From: a virus | Lineage: Duplodnaviria; Heunggongvirae; Uroviricota; Caudoviricetes | Direction: 5' to 3' (one strand) | Virus record (IMG/VR): IMGVR_UViG_3300043418_000226 | Length of the DNA: 64,000 nt | Part shown: positions 39,083 to 49,202 of the stretch, one piece after another | Numbering within the stretch: position 1 is the stretch's first letter | Layout of the letters: every line of letters begins with the position of its first letter | Notes under the pieces: generated by a model | The model's database searches: none | Told to the model about the DNA's origin: nothing | Seen by the model: only the letters and a program-made list of their open reading frames with translations | Position numbers and translations under genes: made by a program

Positions 39083-39214
39083 TTATCTACCTTGACCTCT
39101 ATATTTTTTTGGTTTCTCATCTTTTGGTCCGTAATTCTTTTTAGCCTTACCACTGGTTTTTTTACCAAATATAACTTTTACTGAACTTGAAGAGGAAGTT
39201 TTTGCCTTTGCCAT
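39083..39214 (-). CDS. Small basic peptide ending KKYRGQGR (43 aa); not in ORF track
   Basis: MAKAKTSSSSSVKVIFGKKTSGKAKKNYGPKDEKPKKYRGQGR; TACTTATA upstream on the minus strand. Confidence 0.7.
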   Translation of the reverse strand: MAKAKTSSSSSVKVIFGKKTSGKAKKNYGPKDEKPKKYRGQGR

Positions 39215-39288
39215 AATATTTTTTTTTATTATAAGTATTATGAACTTTTATTTTGTATATTTGCATCAGAACTTAATAAATTATAACG

Positions 39289-41166
39289 ATGGAAGAAATA
39301 TTATCACAGAGATTTAACTACGCTCAAATTGTTCCATATCGAAACTATTGTCGACTTGACGAAAAAAATCCACAATTTAACGGGACTACATTTAATTCAG
39401 ATTTAGATGATTTAGATTTAGATTTAGACTCAACTGATATTACAGATAAAAAAATAAGTGGACATAATTGGGGAAGATTTTCTATCGAGACACAAAGAAT
39501 CGGTAGAATTATGTCATTACCCCAAAAAAGAGGTAATAGAAAAACTTGTTTTTTTTATGATGGTTCAGATATAACAGAGAATTTCCAATTAAACTACGTG
39601 TTTAAAAAGGGAACACACAATTTTGACACAACTAAAGACCAACAAATTAAAAGACACTACGGTAATCCATTTAGTTCAATAAATGTTAATACAATGGAAA
39701 GGTCAATAAGAAGACATGGTGATAAAGTCACCATTAAAATTTATAACCAAACCAAAAATCGAGGATTTAATTCTAAGTTCTTTAAAAAGAGTTTTTCCGT
39801 ACATTCATTGACTATCAATACGGTAACCGGTAATGTGACGGCACTATCAATGTCTAACAGTGCTAAACGAAAAATACAATCATTTAGAACGAACTCATTT
39901 GGGTCCATTAATGAAATATTAAAGAACATCGGTCTAATTGATAGTCGTGGTGGATACATCGATAAAACCTCAAGAGTGTACCCTGAATATCTTAAAATGT
40001 TTGATACGGATATTTTCCTAAAAACGATTTATGAAACCCTTGAGTTACCGGGAGATGATATTGAAGATATTGAAGAATCATTGATTCAAAAATTTGTTGA
40101 AAAAAAGAAAATAAAGGTATCAAACAATTATCGATATTGGATTGAAAACTTTTATCCAACTGAGAAGTTCCTTAAAAAGAATGATAGGAAATTAATTGCG
40201 TCAATTTTAGATATGTTTAAGATTAAATCTAAAGTTACAATTAAAATAATGCACGAAAATAATTTTGTGGACATTTTCTCATTAGCGGAACTTTGTTATT
40301 TCCTCGGAGATAATTTTTCAAAGTATGTTGGAAATATTAACACAAATTTATTCAGTAATAATTCACCAGAAGAAGGTGTTTATCCCGCAAGTTATAAAAG
40401 TACATTTCATGTCGGTAAAAAAGATAATTTTGAAATTAGTGATGTTGAAAAAGAGAACATTGTTAAAATTATAAATGAGTCTAACATGAGGATAAACCCT
40501 AAGTTTATTGGTGAATTAAATGACCACTTTAATATGATAAAAAAGTTACGTCATTATTCACCTGATTTACGTATGAACGCAAGGACTCAAATGGAATTTC
40601 ATCATGAACATTTGGAATTAAGTAAGATGATGAGTTTCATTAAGAAGGGGTGGGTTATTGAATATAAATTTTCAGATAAAATGGTCGATGCCATTGAAAA
40701 ACCCGTTACCGTTCAAATAGACCTAACAGAATACGATAAAGATAATCAACCAATCGGTCCAGTTAAGTCCGATAATATCACATTTTATCCTTACATATTG
40801 AAACGTGAGGAAGAGTATGATGAAGAGGGCAGAACAATGCACCATTGTGTTGCGAGTTATTCAGATAAAGATAGATCCATAATAGTTTCGTTAAGAACTA
40901 AGGATTTATCGGATAGAGTTACTTGTGAGTTTGATTGTCAAACTGGTAATATGATACAGGCGAGACATTTTTGTAATAAACGTCCACCTGGAGACATGGA
41001 ATTGGCAATATCGGAACTACAGGATAGGGCGAAATACTATGCTAGAATTGGACTGTTACATTCTTTAGAAAAGAAAAAGGTACCCGTTAAAATTAACGGT
41101 ATTGAGATTATACCTGAAGTTAAGGAACCGAGAAGATTCCAAGATGAATTTAACTTATTTATTTAA
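39289..41166 (+). CDS. PcfJ-domain protein
   Basis: C-terminal EEGRTMHHCVASY..RVTCEF..QARHFCN; TATATTTG promoter at 39256. Confidence 0.7.
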   Translation: MEEILSQRFNYAQIVPYRNYCRLDEKNPQFNGTTFNSDLDDLDLDLDSTDITDKKISGHNWGRFSIETQRIGRIMSLPQKRGNRKTCFFYDGSDITENFQLNYVFKKGTHNFDTTKDQQIKRHYGNPFSSINVNTMERSIRRHGDKVTIKIYNQTKNRGFNSKFFKKSFSVHSLTINTVTGNVTALSMSNSAKRKIQSFRTNSFGSINEILKNIGLIDSRGGYIDKTSRVYPEYLKMFDTDIFLKTIYETLELPGDDIEDIEESLIQKFVEKKKIKVSNNYRYWIENFYPTEKFLKKNDRKLIASILDMFKIKSKVTIKIMHENNFVDIFSLAELCYFLGDNFSKYVGNINTNLFSNNSPEEGVYPASYKSTFHVGKKDNFEISDVEKENIVKIINESNMRINPKFIGELNDHFNMIKKLRHYSPDLRMNARTQMEFHHEHLELSKMMSFIKKGWVIEYKFSDKMVDAIEKPVTVQIDLTEYDKDNQPIGPVKSDNITFYPYILKREEEYDEEGRTMHHCVASYSDKDRSIIVSLRTKDLSDRVTCEFDCQTGNMIQARHFCNKRPPGDMELAISELQDRAKYYARIGLLHSLEKKKVPVKINGIEIIPEVKEPRRFQDEFNLFI

Positions 41167-41201
41167 CTACACAATTCAAATAAATCCATATATATTTCTA
41201 T

Positions 41202-42596
41202 ATGGATTTATTATTTAAACACAATCAAGAAAAAGTAGACAGAAAAAGTGGGTCAAGGTCGTATTGTGATTTGAAAGTATTTTACGATGGGACAAATATA
41301 AATTACATGGGAGTATTTGACTTCGATTACCAAAGGTACGGAGTTAAGAGACATGTTATTTTCGAACACGCACTTACTGTTGACACTGTTACTGGTAATA
41401 TTAATGTTGTATATAGATTGATAAATGATGAATTAACAAATGATTCATTATTCAGGTCGATGGTTAAGAATAAAAAAAACGATTTTAGTTTATTTGCTGA
41501 CTTAACACATACCGGATTTTTAAAGGGTGAAAAACGTGCAGGTTTTTGGGGAGTACGATACGGAAGAGCAACTGATAAGATTGTGACTATCATTCAAGAC
41601 ATCCTCAAACCAAAATTTAAAAATGAATTCCATTCACAAAGAGATTATATTAAAAAATATGATGTAAATCCATTATACGATATGATTGTCGATTTCCATT
41701 TAGACCGTAAAGGAATAAAAGGACACGATGGAATTTATCAAGACATCCAAGGATCGTACCCAAATAAAAAGTGGTTAGTAAAAAATGATTATAAGTTCTT
41801 ACCTGCAATATTAGATTCCTATGGGATTAAATCAAAATACCTAATTGGAAAATTAAATAAAAGATACGATAAGACAATCCAACTTGATACATTAAACTAT
41901 ATTTGTAAACTGTTTGGTGAAAACTATCTTGATTATTTAAAACAAATAAAATGGGAAGACCACTGTTTTGACGGTACACCAAATAGAAAAATACACACAT
42001 TAAGAAACGAATCTGAAAAAAGAAGTATGGTCCAAACCATTAATAAATGGGAAAAGGATACTCTTAAATCGGATTCATTAATTTACTCAGTTAATAGACT
42101 TCTATCAATCAGAGAGTCATTAAAAGATATAGACATTGACTTAAAATTCAAATGTAAAAATGATTCTGAGTTCGATAACTTAATGGAAGTTTGGGTAGGG
42201 ACAAGACTATACTATTCAAGAGGATACAAATTAATGTATGGTTTACCTAAAGAATTTATAGACGAAATTGAGGAAGATATTATTGTTGACGGAGAACTAT
42301 TCAAACCTAAAATGATTTTAACTGACGAATCATTTAGAGTAGAAGGGTTTAATATGAAGAACTGTATGTCTAAACAATTTCCACATGGGGTAATTTACTT
42401 ATATGTTGCATTGGAAAACAAAAGAACGAGGATTAATTTACAATTCAGGAAAGGACTTTTAATTCAATCATATGGTAAGGCGAATACACCGGTCATTCCG
42501 TTCTTCACCAAGGCAGTTGAAGTGTTAAGTGATAGGTTTAGAAAACATCCGCACATTTCATGGAAGAAGGAAAAATATGACATTTTAAAAGATTAA
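41202..42596 (+). CDS. PcfJ-domain protein (paralog)
   Basis: VEGFNMKNCMS..QSYGKAN; shares YP.KK(F/W)L.KND.K..AILD..IKSK with the upstream gene. Confidence 0.65.
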   Translation: MDLLFKHNQEKVDRKSGSRSYCDLKVFYDGTNINYMGVFDFDYQRYGVKRHVIFEHALTVDTVTGNINVVYRLINDELTNDSLFRSMVKNKKNDFSLFADLTHTGFLKGEKRAGFWGVRYGRATDKIVTIIQDILKPKFKNEFHSQRDYIKKYDVNPLYDMIVDFHLDRKGIKGHDGIYQDIQGSYPNKKWLVKNDYKFLPAILDSYGIKSKYLIGKLNKRYDKTIQLDTLNYICKLFGENYLDYLKQIKWEDHCFDGTPNRKIHTLRNESEKRSMVQTINKWEKDTLKSDSLIYSVNRLLSIRESLKDIDIDLKFKCKNDSEFDNLMEVWVGTRLYYSRGYKLMYGLPKEFIDEIEEDIIVDGELFKPKMILTDESFRVEGFNMKNCMSKQFPHGVIYLYVALENKRTRINLQFRKGLLIQSYGKANTPVIPFFTKAVEVLSDRFRKHPHISWKKEKYDILKD

Positions 42597-42629
42597 TAAT
42601 CAGTCACTTATTTTTATTTTAAAAAATAA

Positions 42630-42661
42630 TTTGGTACTATGATTTAAATTATGTATTTTTG
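42630..42661 (+). promoter_or_regulatory. Bacteroidota-type promoter
   Basis: TTTG-N20-TATTTTTG. Confidence 0.65.
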
Positions 42662-42682
42662 TTTAGAATTAAAAACAAAGCA

Positions 42683-42850
42683 ATGATACAACCAAAAGAA
42701 TCAAAATCAAACAGTCACTTCTGGATTAGTCTCGTTAAGTCGGGTCTTAGATTTGGAGCGTGTTTCACTCTTTATTACTTAAATTTTACAGGAGCAGCAT
42801 TACTACTCGGACTTGCGGAAGTCTTAGGTGTTGCCGAAGAAATCTTTTAA
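42683..42850 (+). CDS. Small membrane protein
   Basis: HFWISLVKSGLR..AEVLGVAEEIF; start reassigned downstream of the promoter. Confidence 0.6.
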   Translation: MIQPKESKSNSHFWISLVKSGLRFGACFTLYYLNFTGAALLLGLAEVLGVAEEIF

Positions 42851-42859
42851 ACATTAAAA

Positions 42860-43144
42860 ATGACTACCGAAAGAAAACTTAAAGTTATTATAACGTTACT
42901 CGTTATAGGTCAAATTACCGGAATTTTCCTATTGTTTACAAATGAACGTATCCATAGAATACAAATGGAACAATTGAAAACGGAAAAGTCCAAACAGTTA
43001 AATGAGATGTATTTCCTTTATGATGAATTATTCATTGAGAAATCTGAAAATGGAAGACATGAATTAACAAGAGAAGAAGTTCTCAACAAATACCCCAAAG
43101 TGAAAACCGAATACGAACATTATTACGAACACGAAACAGAATAA
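42860..43144 (+). CDS. Hypothetical membrane-anchored protein
   Basis: N-terminal hydrophobic helix. Confidence 0.55.
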   Translation: MTTERKLKVIITLLVIGQITGIFLLFTNERIHRIQMEQLKTEKSKQLNEMYFLYDELFIEKSENGRHELTREEVLNKYPKVKTEYEHYYEHETE

Positions 43145-43444
43145 ATGATAAAAGATATACACATCGGAGGTTCCGATTACGTCAATATTAAAACCAGTAC
43201 TGTGGTTAAATTAAGGGAAGACTTCACAATAATGTCTGAAGAAGGACCAATTACAATATCGGTGGATATTAATGCAGATTTTGTTGGGATACCTCAGAAG
43301 TATCATGAAATTTTCCTTAACGTACTTACATCAAAGTACTTAAATAAAGTTTCTTACGGTGATAATCAATTCTCACAATGTAAACCTGTGACAAAAAGGA
43401 AGTGGTTTCAATTTTGGAAATCAAAATACTTCTCACAACAATAA
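43145..43444 (+). CDS. Hypothetical protein
   Basis: C-terminal KRKWFQFWK motif. Confidence 0.55.
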   Translation: MIKDIHIGGSDYVNIKTSTVVKLREDFTIMSEEGPITISVDINADFVGIPQKYHEIFLNVLTSKYLNKVSYGDNQFSQCKPVTKRKWFQFWKSKYFSQQ

Positions 43445-43463
43445 ACAATTTAAATAAAATATT

Positions 43464-43739
43464 ATGCCAGACTTTAGTGTAGACGATTTGGATATCGATC
43501 CAGATGAATTTTTAGATGCATGTAGCGTTCGAGAAATAAAAGAAGTAATTGAATGGTTAGTCGACAATAACCACATTTCAAAATCAACAATTGAAAGTGT
43601 TGGTAACAATGCCTTAAATATTAACGACATTATGTTTCAAGAAAATTTGGATGCAATTTCCAAATCAAAATTGTTACTTTCAATTGAAGAGGAAGAAGTT
43701 ATCAATAGGATTGGGGAAAAATTTAAATACCTTTATTAA
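43464..43739 (+). CDS. Hypothetical acidic protein
   Basis: Coupled ORF. Confidence 0.55.
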   Translation: MPDFSVDDLDIDPDEFLDACSVREIKEVIEWLVDNNHISKSTIESVGNNALNINDIMFQENLDAISKSKLLLSIEEEEVINRIGEKFKYLY

Positions 43740-44353
43740 TGAAGGTTCTTGAATTATTTGCCGGTAGTAGGTCCGTAGGTAAAATTGCCGAACAGTTGGG
43801 TATGGAAGTATTCTCATCTGATTTAACTCCGTTTGATGGTATCCATTACGCGGTTAGTATATTGGATTTTGATGTCACTAAAGTACCTTTCCAACCGGAC
43901 ATTATTTGGGCTTCACCACCTTGTACTGGGTTTAGTGTCGCGGCACTTGGACATCATTGGACAGGTGGTAAAGGAGCGTACATTCCAAAGACAGACACGG
44001 CTCGTTTAGGTATTGAGTTAGCTAAGAAAACAATTGAGGTCATCAATCATTTTCAACCAAAGTATTGGTTCATTGAAAATCCAAGAGGAGTTCTTCGTAA
44101 GATGGATTTCATGGAGGACTTCAAAAGAAATACCGTTACGTATTGTCAATATGGTGACGATAGAATGAAACCAACTGACATATGGACAAACAGTGAAGTA
44201 TGGGTTCCAAGACCAATGTGTAAAAATGGTTCACCATGTCACGTTGCGGCACCGAGAGGTTCTAAAACGGGAACACAAGGACGTTCAAACGCATATGAGA
44301 GAAGTAAAATTCCCGAAGACTTATGTTTTGAAATTTTAAAAAGTTGTGTGTAA
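43739..44353 (+). CDS. Short C5-cytosine DNA methyltransferase-like protein
   Basis: ELFAG (motif I), ASPPC (IV), IENP (VI). Confidence 0.8.
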   Translation: MKVLELFAGSRSVGKIAEQLGMEVFSSDLTPFDGIHYAVSILDFDVTKVPFQPDIIWASPPCTGFSVAALGHHWTGGKGAYIPKTDTARLGIELAKKTIEVINHFQPKYWFIENPRGVLRKMDFMEDFKRNTVTYCQYGDDRMKPTDIWTNSEVWVPRPMCKNGSPCHVAAPRGSKTGTQGRSNAYERSKIPEDLCFEILKSCV

Positions 44354-44700
44354 TGAGAAGTTTTAAATTCTACAAACAAGACGATAGATGGTACGTTGAT
44401 TTACCCGAATGGGAAGGTGAACAATGGGAACTTGAAATGGTAATGGGTGCCGATACGTTTCTTGACATTTTAGCTCAAGGTGAAGATGAGGTGTATGTTA
44501 CAATGTCAACCGAACCGTTCGAAAATTGTGAGACACTTCAGTTTATAGAATTGGGTAGACTTGAGGGACCTGAACTTGGAGAAGGGTCTTGGTATTTTTT
44601 AAACGAATATCAAGGAAATAGTTTTACTTTATCGCTTTGGTTATGTCACGTGACCACCTTTGTTTTCGGGGAATACCCCAATAGAATCTATTTCAAATAA
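44353..44700 (+). CDS. Hypothetical protein (DUF6717-like)
   Basis: WYVDLP..LEMVMGADTFLD..WLC.VT.FVFG.YP. Confidence 0.55.
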   Translation: MRSFKFYKQDDRWYVDLPEWEGEQWELEMVMGADTFLDILAQGEDEVYVTMSTEPFENCETLQFIELGRLEGPELGEGSWYFLNEYQGNSFTLSLWLCHVTTFVFGEYPNRIYFK

Positions 44701-44717
44701 AATATAAATTATTTTAG

Positions 44718-44742
44718 AAAAGGTGGGATTATTTCCACCTTT
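44718..44742. terminator. Hairpin, probable terminator
   Basis: aaaggtgg-loop-ccaccttt. Confidence 0.5.
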
Positions 44743-44774
44743 CTTAGTATATATGTATATCAAAAATACATATA

Positions 44775-45173
44775 ATGCCGGAAGAATTTGTACCTTATCA
44801 CCAACATCTATTAGTTAAGTGTTGGGTTACTAACCCCCCTAAAAAGGAGGAACAATTAAACAAATGGTTTATTCACTTAGTTAACACGGTGGGTATGAAA
44901 GTCGTTGGTGGACCAACCAGTGTTTACGTATCTGACCCAGGTAATGAAGGATTAACGGGAACGGTTACTTTAGCCACCTCACATTCTTCTGTACACATTT
45001 GGGATAACCTTGAATTACCCATGGTACAATTTGACATCTACAGTTGTAAATGTTTCGACTTGGAACAAGTAATGAAGTGTTTTGAACTTTGGGGAATTGT
45101 AAATGCCGAATGGGTTATGATTGACAGAAACAACAAACCAACAATCATATCTGAAGGTGTTTGGGTTGCTTAA
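44775..45173 (+). CDS. speD: S-adenosylmethionine decarboxylase proenzyme
   Basis: GLTGTVTLATSHSSVHIW..FDIYSC. Confidence 0.8.
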   Translation: MPEEFVPYHQHLLVKCWVTNPPKKEEQLNKWFIHLVNTVGMKVVGGPTSVYVSDPGNEGLTGTVTLATSHSSVHIWDNLELPMVQFDIYSCKCFDLEQVMKCFELWGIVNAEWVMIDRNNKPTIISEGVWVA

Positions 45174-45205
45174 TTTGATTTTTTAAATTAAATTACCTAT
45201 ATTTG
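45174..45205 (+). promoter_or_regulatory. Bacteroidota-type promoter
   Basis: TTTG-N20-TATATTTG. Confidence 0.7.
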
Positions 45206-45209
45206 TCTA

Positions 45210-45755
45210 ATGAAGATAATTTTTTTAGATATAGACGGTGTTTTAGCCACACATTTGGAATATTCGAGACCGAGACATAAGTTTCAGGACAAATATGACG
45301 TTGCAAGAACTTTAAGGGTTCCATACCCATTCAATGCAAAATGTGTTGAAATTTTCAATGAAATATTAGAAAAAACAGGTGCAGAAATCGTATTGAGTTC
45401 TGATTGGAGAATGCATTGGAACTTGGAAGAGTTAGGTGAAATATTTAGACTTAATGGTGTTATTAAGTCACCAATTGATGTTACCCACCAATACAAACGT
45501 AAAATGTCGTCATCATTGGAAGATGATAGAGGACATCAGATTCTAACTTGGATTGAGAAAAATAAACCCGATACTTGGATTGCAATTGATGATTTAAAAT
45601 TATGGTCATTTGAACCCGAATATTTGGATAAGTTTTTTTTAACGAGGGACCAAGAAGGATTGAAACAATTAAGTCTTAAAGGTAAAATCATTAAAAAATT
45701 AAACCATGAGCAGGAGCAAGAGAAAACCGATAATCAAAGACCGACCGAGGAATAA
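45210..45755 (+). CDS. HAD phosphatase (RNA-repair 'Swiss army knife' type)
   Basis: FLDIDGVL, VLSSDWR, RG.QI..W, IAIDD. Confidence 0.8.
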   Translation: MKIIFLDIDGVLATHLEYSRPRHKFQDKYDVARTLRVPYPFNAKCVEIFNEILEKTGAEIVLSSDWRMHWNLEELGEIFRLNGVIKSPIDVTHQYKRKMSSSLEDDRGHQILTWIEKNKPDTWIAIDDLKLWSFEPEYLDKFFLTRDQEGLKQLSLKGKIIKKLNHEQEQEKTDNQRPTEE

Positions 45756-45966
45756 AAAGAAATCCACACTGTATTGGAGAATAGTTCGTAGAGTTATTAA
45801 CGGTAGAGTGAGAACATTAAAAGACAACCCGACCGAAGAACAACTTCCCGAACCAAAAGAAATTGTTAATGATTATGATTACTGTGATTGGATAAGTGAC
45901 TTTAGAGACCCATTTTGGACTCAATTTAGGGACAAAGAATACATAGAGAAAAAGAAGAGAAAATAG
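45706..45966 (+). CDS. Small basic protein
   Basis: MSRSKRKP..NDYDYCDW. Confidence 0.6.
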   Translation: MSRSKRKPIIKDRPRNKKKSTLYWRIVRRVINGRVRTLKDNPTEEQLPEPKEIVNDYDYCDWISDFRDPFWTQFRDKEYIEKKKRK

Positions 45967-45968
45967 AT

Positions 45969-46130
45969 ATGGGACGTTACATTACATTTGGGATTATATT
46001 TTTTATTTTAATCATTGTAGTATGGAGATGGGTAACCGCGATTGATTATATGGACAAAAACCACCCTGATTATAAAGGAGATGATTTATTTGGTGAATTC
46101 ACTGACGAAGATAAAGACCACTTAATATGA
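45969..46130 (+). CDS. Small membrane protein (53 aa); not in ORF track
   Basis: MGRYITFGIIFFILIIVVWRWVTAIDYMDKNHPDYKGDDLF.. Confidence 0.55.
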   Translation: MGRYITFGIIFFILIIVVWRWVTAIDYMDKNHPDYKGDDLFGEFTDEDKDHLI

Positions 46131-46522
46131 AAGAAAGTAAAAAACCTGACATGGTTGTTTGGGACGATAACCGTGGTTATTATCAAAATCAATTAACTTA
46201 TGGGTCCAATCACAGTGCTCCTGCAATTAAATTAGACGATGTGACAGGTTGGAAACAATCCCAAATACTTTCGGCAAATAAACAATTTAACACAAAATAC
46301 GAAGAACTCAAGGAAGAATTTAGAAAACTTGTTGAGGAGGTTAATATTAGTGAGATGTTATATTCGGCTAAATGTAACTTCCTACCAATTGTTGGGGAAA
46401 CCTATCATTTATATGAAGGTAAAGATGGTTTATTTTTGTCATTAATTGAACCCAATAGTTGGAATCAAAAATATGTTGGTTCATATAAACTGAATTCAAC
46501 ACAAAAATGGACAAAAGTATAA
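46127..46522 (+). CDS. DUF2452-like protein
   Basis: YSAKCNF.P.VGETYHLY..FLSLIEP..W. Confidence 0.65.
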   Translation: MKESKKPDMVVWDDNRGYYQNQLTYGSNHSAPAIKLDDVTGWKQSQILSANKQFNTKYEELKEEFRKLVEEVNISEMLYSAKCNFLPIVGETYHLYEGKDGLFLSLIEPNSWNQKYVGSYKLNSTQKWTKV

Positions 46523-46543
46523 TATTTGTATATTTATAGGAGT

Positions 46544-47842
46544 ATGAAACAGACATTAAAAGAAGATTTAGAGAGAATCCACACCCTTACGTACGGTAAA
46601 CCGTTAACCGAGGGTACGTTTATGGATAAAATATTAAAATCGATAGGAATAAATAAAGACGAGAAGAAAGCGGACGTAGTTAGTGCAGATGTTGAAGAAT
46701 TCTTTAAAACTCTCGAAAATGCCTCAACAGGTAATGGAATTACTCAACAAGAAAAAGGTTCAATGAATTTCCAAAAAGAAGTTGAATCGATGCAAATTGG
46801 TTTAGAATTACTTGGATATGAATTACCAACCTATGGGGTTGATGGACTTTTTGGTCCCGAAACGGCAAGGGCGGTTAGTAAATTTAAGAAAGATCACCTA
46901 ACAATAAACGAAGCGGCATCTGAAATTAGTTCTACCGCAAGTGAATTAGGTTATTCAATCAAGGGTGGACAATTAAATAGTGGTGGTGAGGTAACTGATA
47001 ACATAAGTGGTATTGTTGCCGACATACTAAAAGAATTTAAATCGACTAACCCGAAAACAAAGGTTACAGTAACGGCAGGTAACGATACTTTTCATAAGAA
47101 ATTAGGATATAAAAGTAAACACGTTGAGGGTAATGCAATTGACGTTACGTTAACACCTTATAACAATAACACGTCAAATGCGTTTATTGAGGTATTAAAC
47201 AAATACAAACAACAAAACCCTAACTTTAGTTTTATGGATGAATATAAACATCCATCATCATCTGCAACCGGAGGACATTTCCATTTACAATACGGTAAAG
47301 GAGGTTCAACAGGCACCTCAACTGCGTTAGTAAGTGCGGAACCTGCAATGTTAATTAAGTTAATTGAATTACTTAAACAAAAAGGAGTTAAATCTGAAGA
47401 TTTGAAAGCACACACCAATGTCGGTGCAATTGCTAAATACGCAGGTTCAAACGATGATGATTTTTATAAAGCGATTCTTGAAGGTTTAGCGGCACCAATA
47501 TCCAAAGAAAATATGAAATTTATTTATGGTTGGAGACAAGCTGAGGGTAAGTCGGGTAACTATAACCCATTCAACACCACATGGAAAATGCCAAATTCGA
47601 CATCAGTAAATTCACACGGTGTTCAATCATATGCCAGTGCACAAGATGGTTTAGTGGCCACACTTAAAACTTTAAAAATGGGTAGATATAGTTGTATAAC
47701 TGAAGGTCTTAGAAGAGACATCGGAGCAGATAACATAGCACAATGTGAGTCTTTGAAAACATGGGGAACAGGTGATTTAGTTGTTAAAGTGTTAACAGCA
47801 TATAACTCAGGTGCACAACCAAAGGTACCGGCATTAGCATAA
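46544..47842 (+). CDS. Multidomain peptidoglycan hydrolase (PG-binding + M15-like Zn peptidase + lysozyme-like)
   Basis: GVDGLFGPETARAV; SKH..GNAIDV..GGHFH; WRQAEG..YNPFNTT; TATTTATA at 46531. Confidence 0.7.
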   Translation: MKQTLKEDLERIHTLTYGKPLTEGTFMDKILKSIGINKDEKKADVVSADVEEFFKTLENASTGNGITQQEKGSMNFQKEVESMQIGLELLGYELPTYGVDGLFGPETARAVSKFKKDHLTINEAASEISSTASELGYSIKGGQLNSGGEVTDNISGIVADILKEFKSTNPKTKVTVTAGNDTFHKKLGYKSKHVEGNAIDVTLTPYNNNTSNAFIEVLNKYKQQNPNFSFMDEYKHPSSSATGGHFHLQYGKGGSTGTSTALVSAEPAMLIKLIELLKQKGVKSEDLKAHTNVGAIAKYAGSNDDDFYKAILEGLAAPISKENMKFIYGWRQAEGKSGNYNPFNTTWKMPNSTSVNSHGVQSYASAQDGLVATLKTLKMGRYSCITEGLRRDIGADNIAQCESLKTWGTGDLVVKVLTAYNSGAQPKVPALA

Positions 47843-47889
47843 ATCTTATCTATTTATAGAGTAACAAAAAACATTAAAAAAATCACAAA

Positions 47890-49152
47890 ATGGAACATAT
47901 ATCAAAAACAAATAAAATCTCATTATTAGAATCATTAGACATTAATGAGATGCCAGCTTACGTTCCCGGTAAAATGGAGAAAAAACCATGGGAAGACGAT
48001 GAAGAAGGTACAGATAAAGGAAAAAAGGAAAAACTATCAAAGGCAAAACCAGGTTGGTTAGGTCAAGTTGACCCAAGAGACCCGAATCGTCCGGCTCCTG
48101 ATTTTTATTTGTATAACCCAACAAAAACTGAAGAAGGTGTTAAGACAGGTATTGTAACGTTAGGTGAAGCCGAAGCGGAACAATTTATCCAAACACATGG
48201 TAAGTTTATGGAATGGTTAAATAAAACCACAAACAATAGAGTTCACTTACTTAACATTTCAAAAACACATTACGACCCTGCGAAAGGTAACACACCTAAA
48301 GCAAAGGAATTACAATCATTAATTGGTAACTACGGTGAAACTGAAGGTAAACCAATTAGTGTTAAAGAAAAAATATTAAGAGGAGGTATCAACCCAATAT
48401 TAAGAAAATATTTGGCAACACCTGAAGTTAATGAACATTTAAAACAATCAGGTTACCCACCAATCAATATGCCGGACCAATTCTACAAGAATCAAAAGGC
48501 GGCAATTGATAGATATAGTAAAGTTTCAAATGAAGAAGTAAATTGGGGTGGTCATAACTACGCATTTTATAATAGTGTACCTGATTTTGCTAAGGCATCT
48601 CAAGAATTATTATTTGGTGACGATGTAAGTGTACCAGTTGAGGTGACTCACATGCCACGTCAGTTTAATCCAAGAGCAAACTGGAGTCCATTGAGACCAA
48701 CTCAAAAAATGGATGTCAACTATAAAGAAAATCCATTGACACCAATCTTAAAATTACCTAAGAGAGGTTTTAGAGAAGAAGATAGAGACGTTGCAGTTTC
48801 AAACAGTATCAATGTTAAGGGTGTAGAATCGGATGGTGAAAACGGAACTAAAGTTTATACTTGGACAGTTCAATTCTCAACAGGTTTAGGTAAGAAATTA
48901 CAAGACGATGTTAGATTGAATGATAATGGTTTAATCGAAGATAAAAACTTCACAGCAACTGAACGTACAGAACCGATGGAGAGTGTTGAAGGACCAGACG
49001 GTTCAATCGCATCAAACCCAATTGTAATGGATTCACTTAAAAAGGCGTTAGAAAGTGTTAACTCACAAATTATGTCAATCGACCCTGAAGAGGAATTAAT
49101 TCCAAGAACTCGTGTTGATAGAAACGACTTAACAAGAAAAGTAGATCAATAG
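47890..49152 (+). CDS. Hypothetical, possibly virion/late protein
   Basis: TATTTATA at 47851; N-terminal LLE/INE motifs. Confidence 0.6.
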   Translation: MEHISKTNKISLLESLDINEMPAYVPGKMEKKPWEDDEEGTDKGKKEKLSKAKPGWLGQVDPRDPNRPAPDFYLYNPTKTEEGVKTGIVTLGEAEAEQFIQTHGKFMEWLNKTTNNRVHLLNISKTHYDPAKGNTPKAKELQSLIGNYGETEGKPISVKEKILRGGINPILRKYLATPEVNEHLKQSGYPPINMPDQFYKNQKAAIDRYSKVSNEEVNWGGHNYAFYNSVPDFAKASQELLFGDDVSVPVEVTHMPRQFNPRANWSPLRPTQKMDVNYKENPLTPILKLPKRGFREEDRDVAVSNSINVKGVESDGENGTKVYTWTVQFSTGLGKKLQDDVRLNDNGLIEDKNFTATERTEPMESVEGPDGSIASNPIVMDSLKKALESVNSQIMSIDPEEELIPRTRVDRNDLTRKVDQ

Positions 49153-49202
49153 TTGTCCCCCTCTATGGATAGTATCCTTAGACCGACACGAAAGTGTTTC
49201 AG

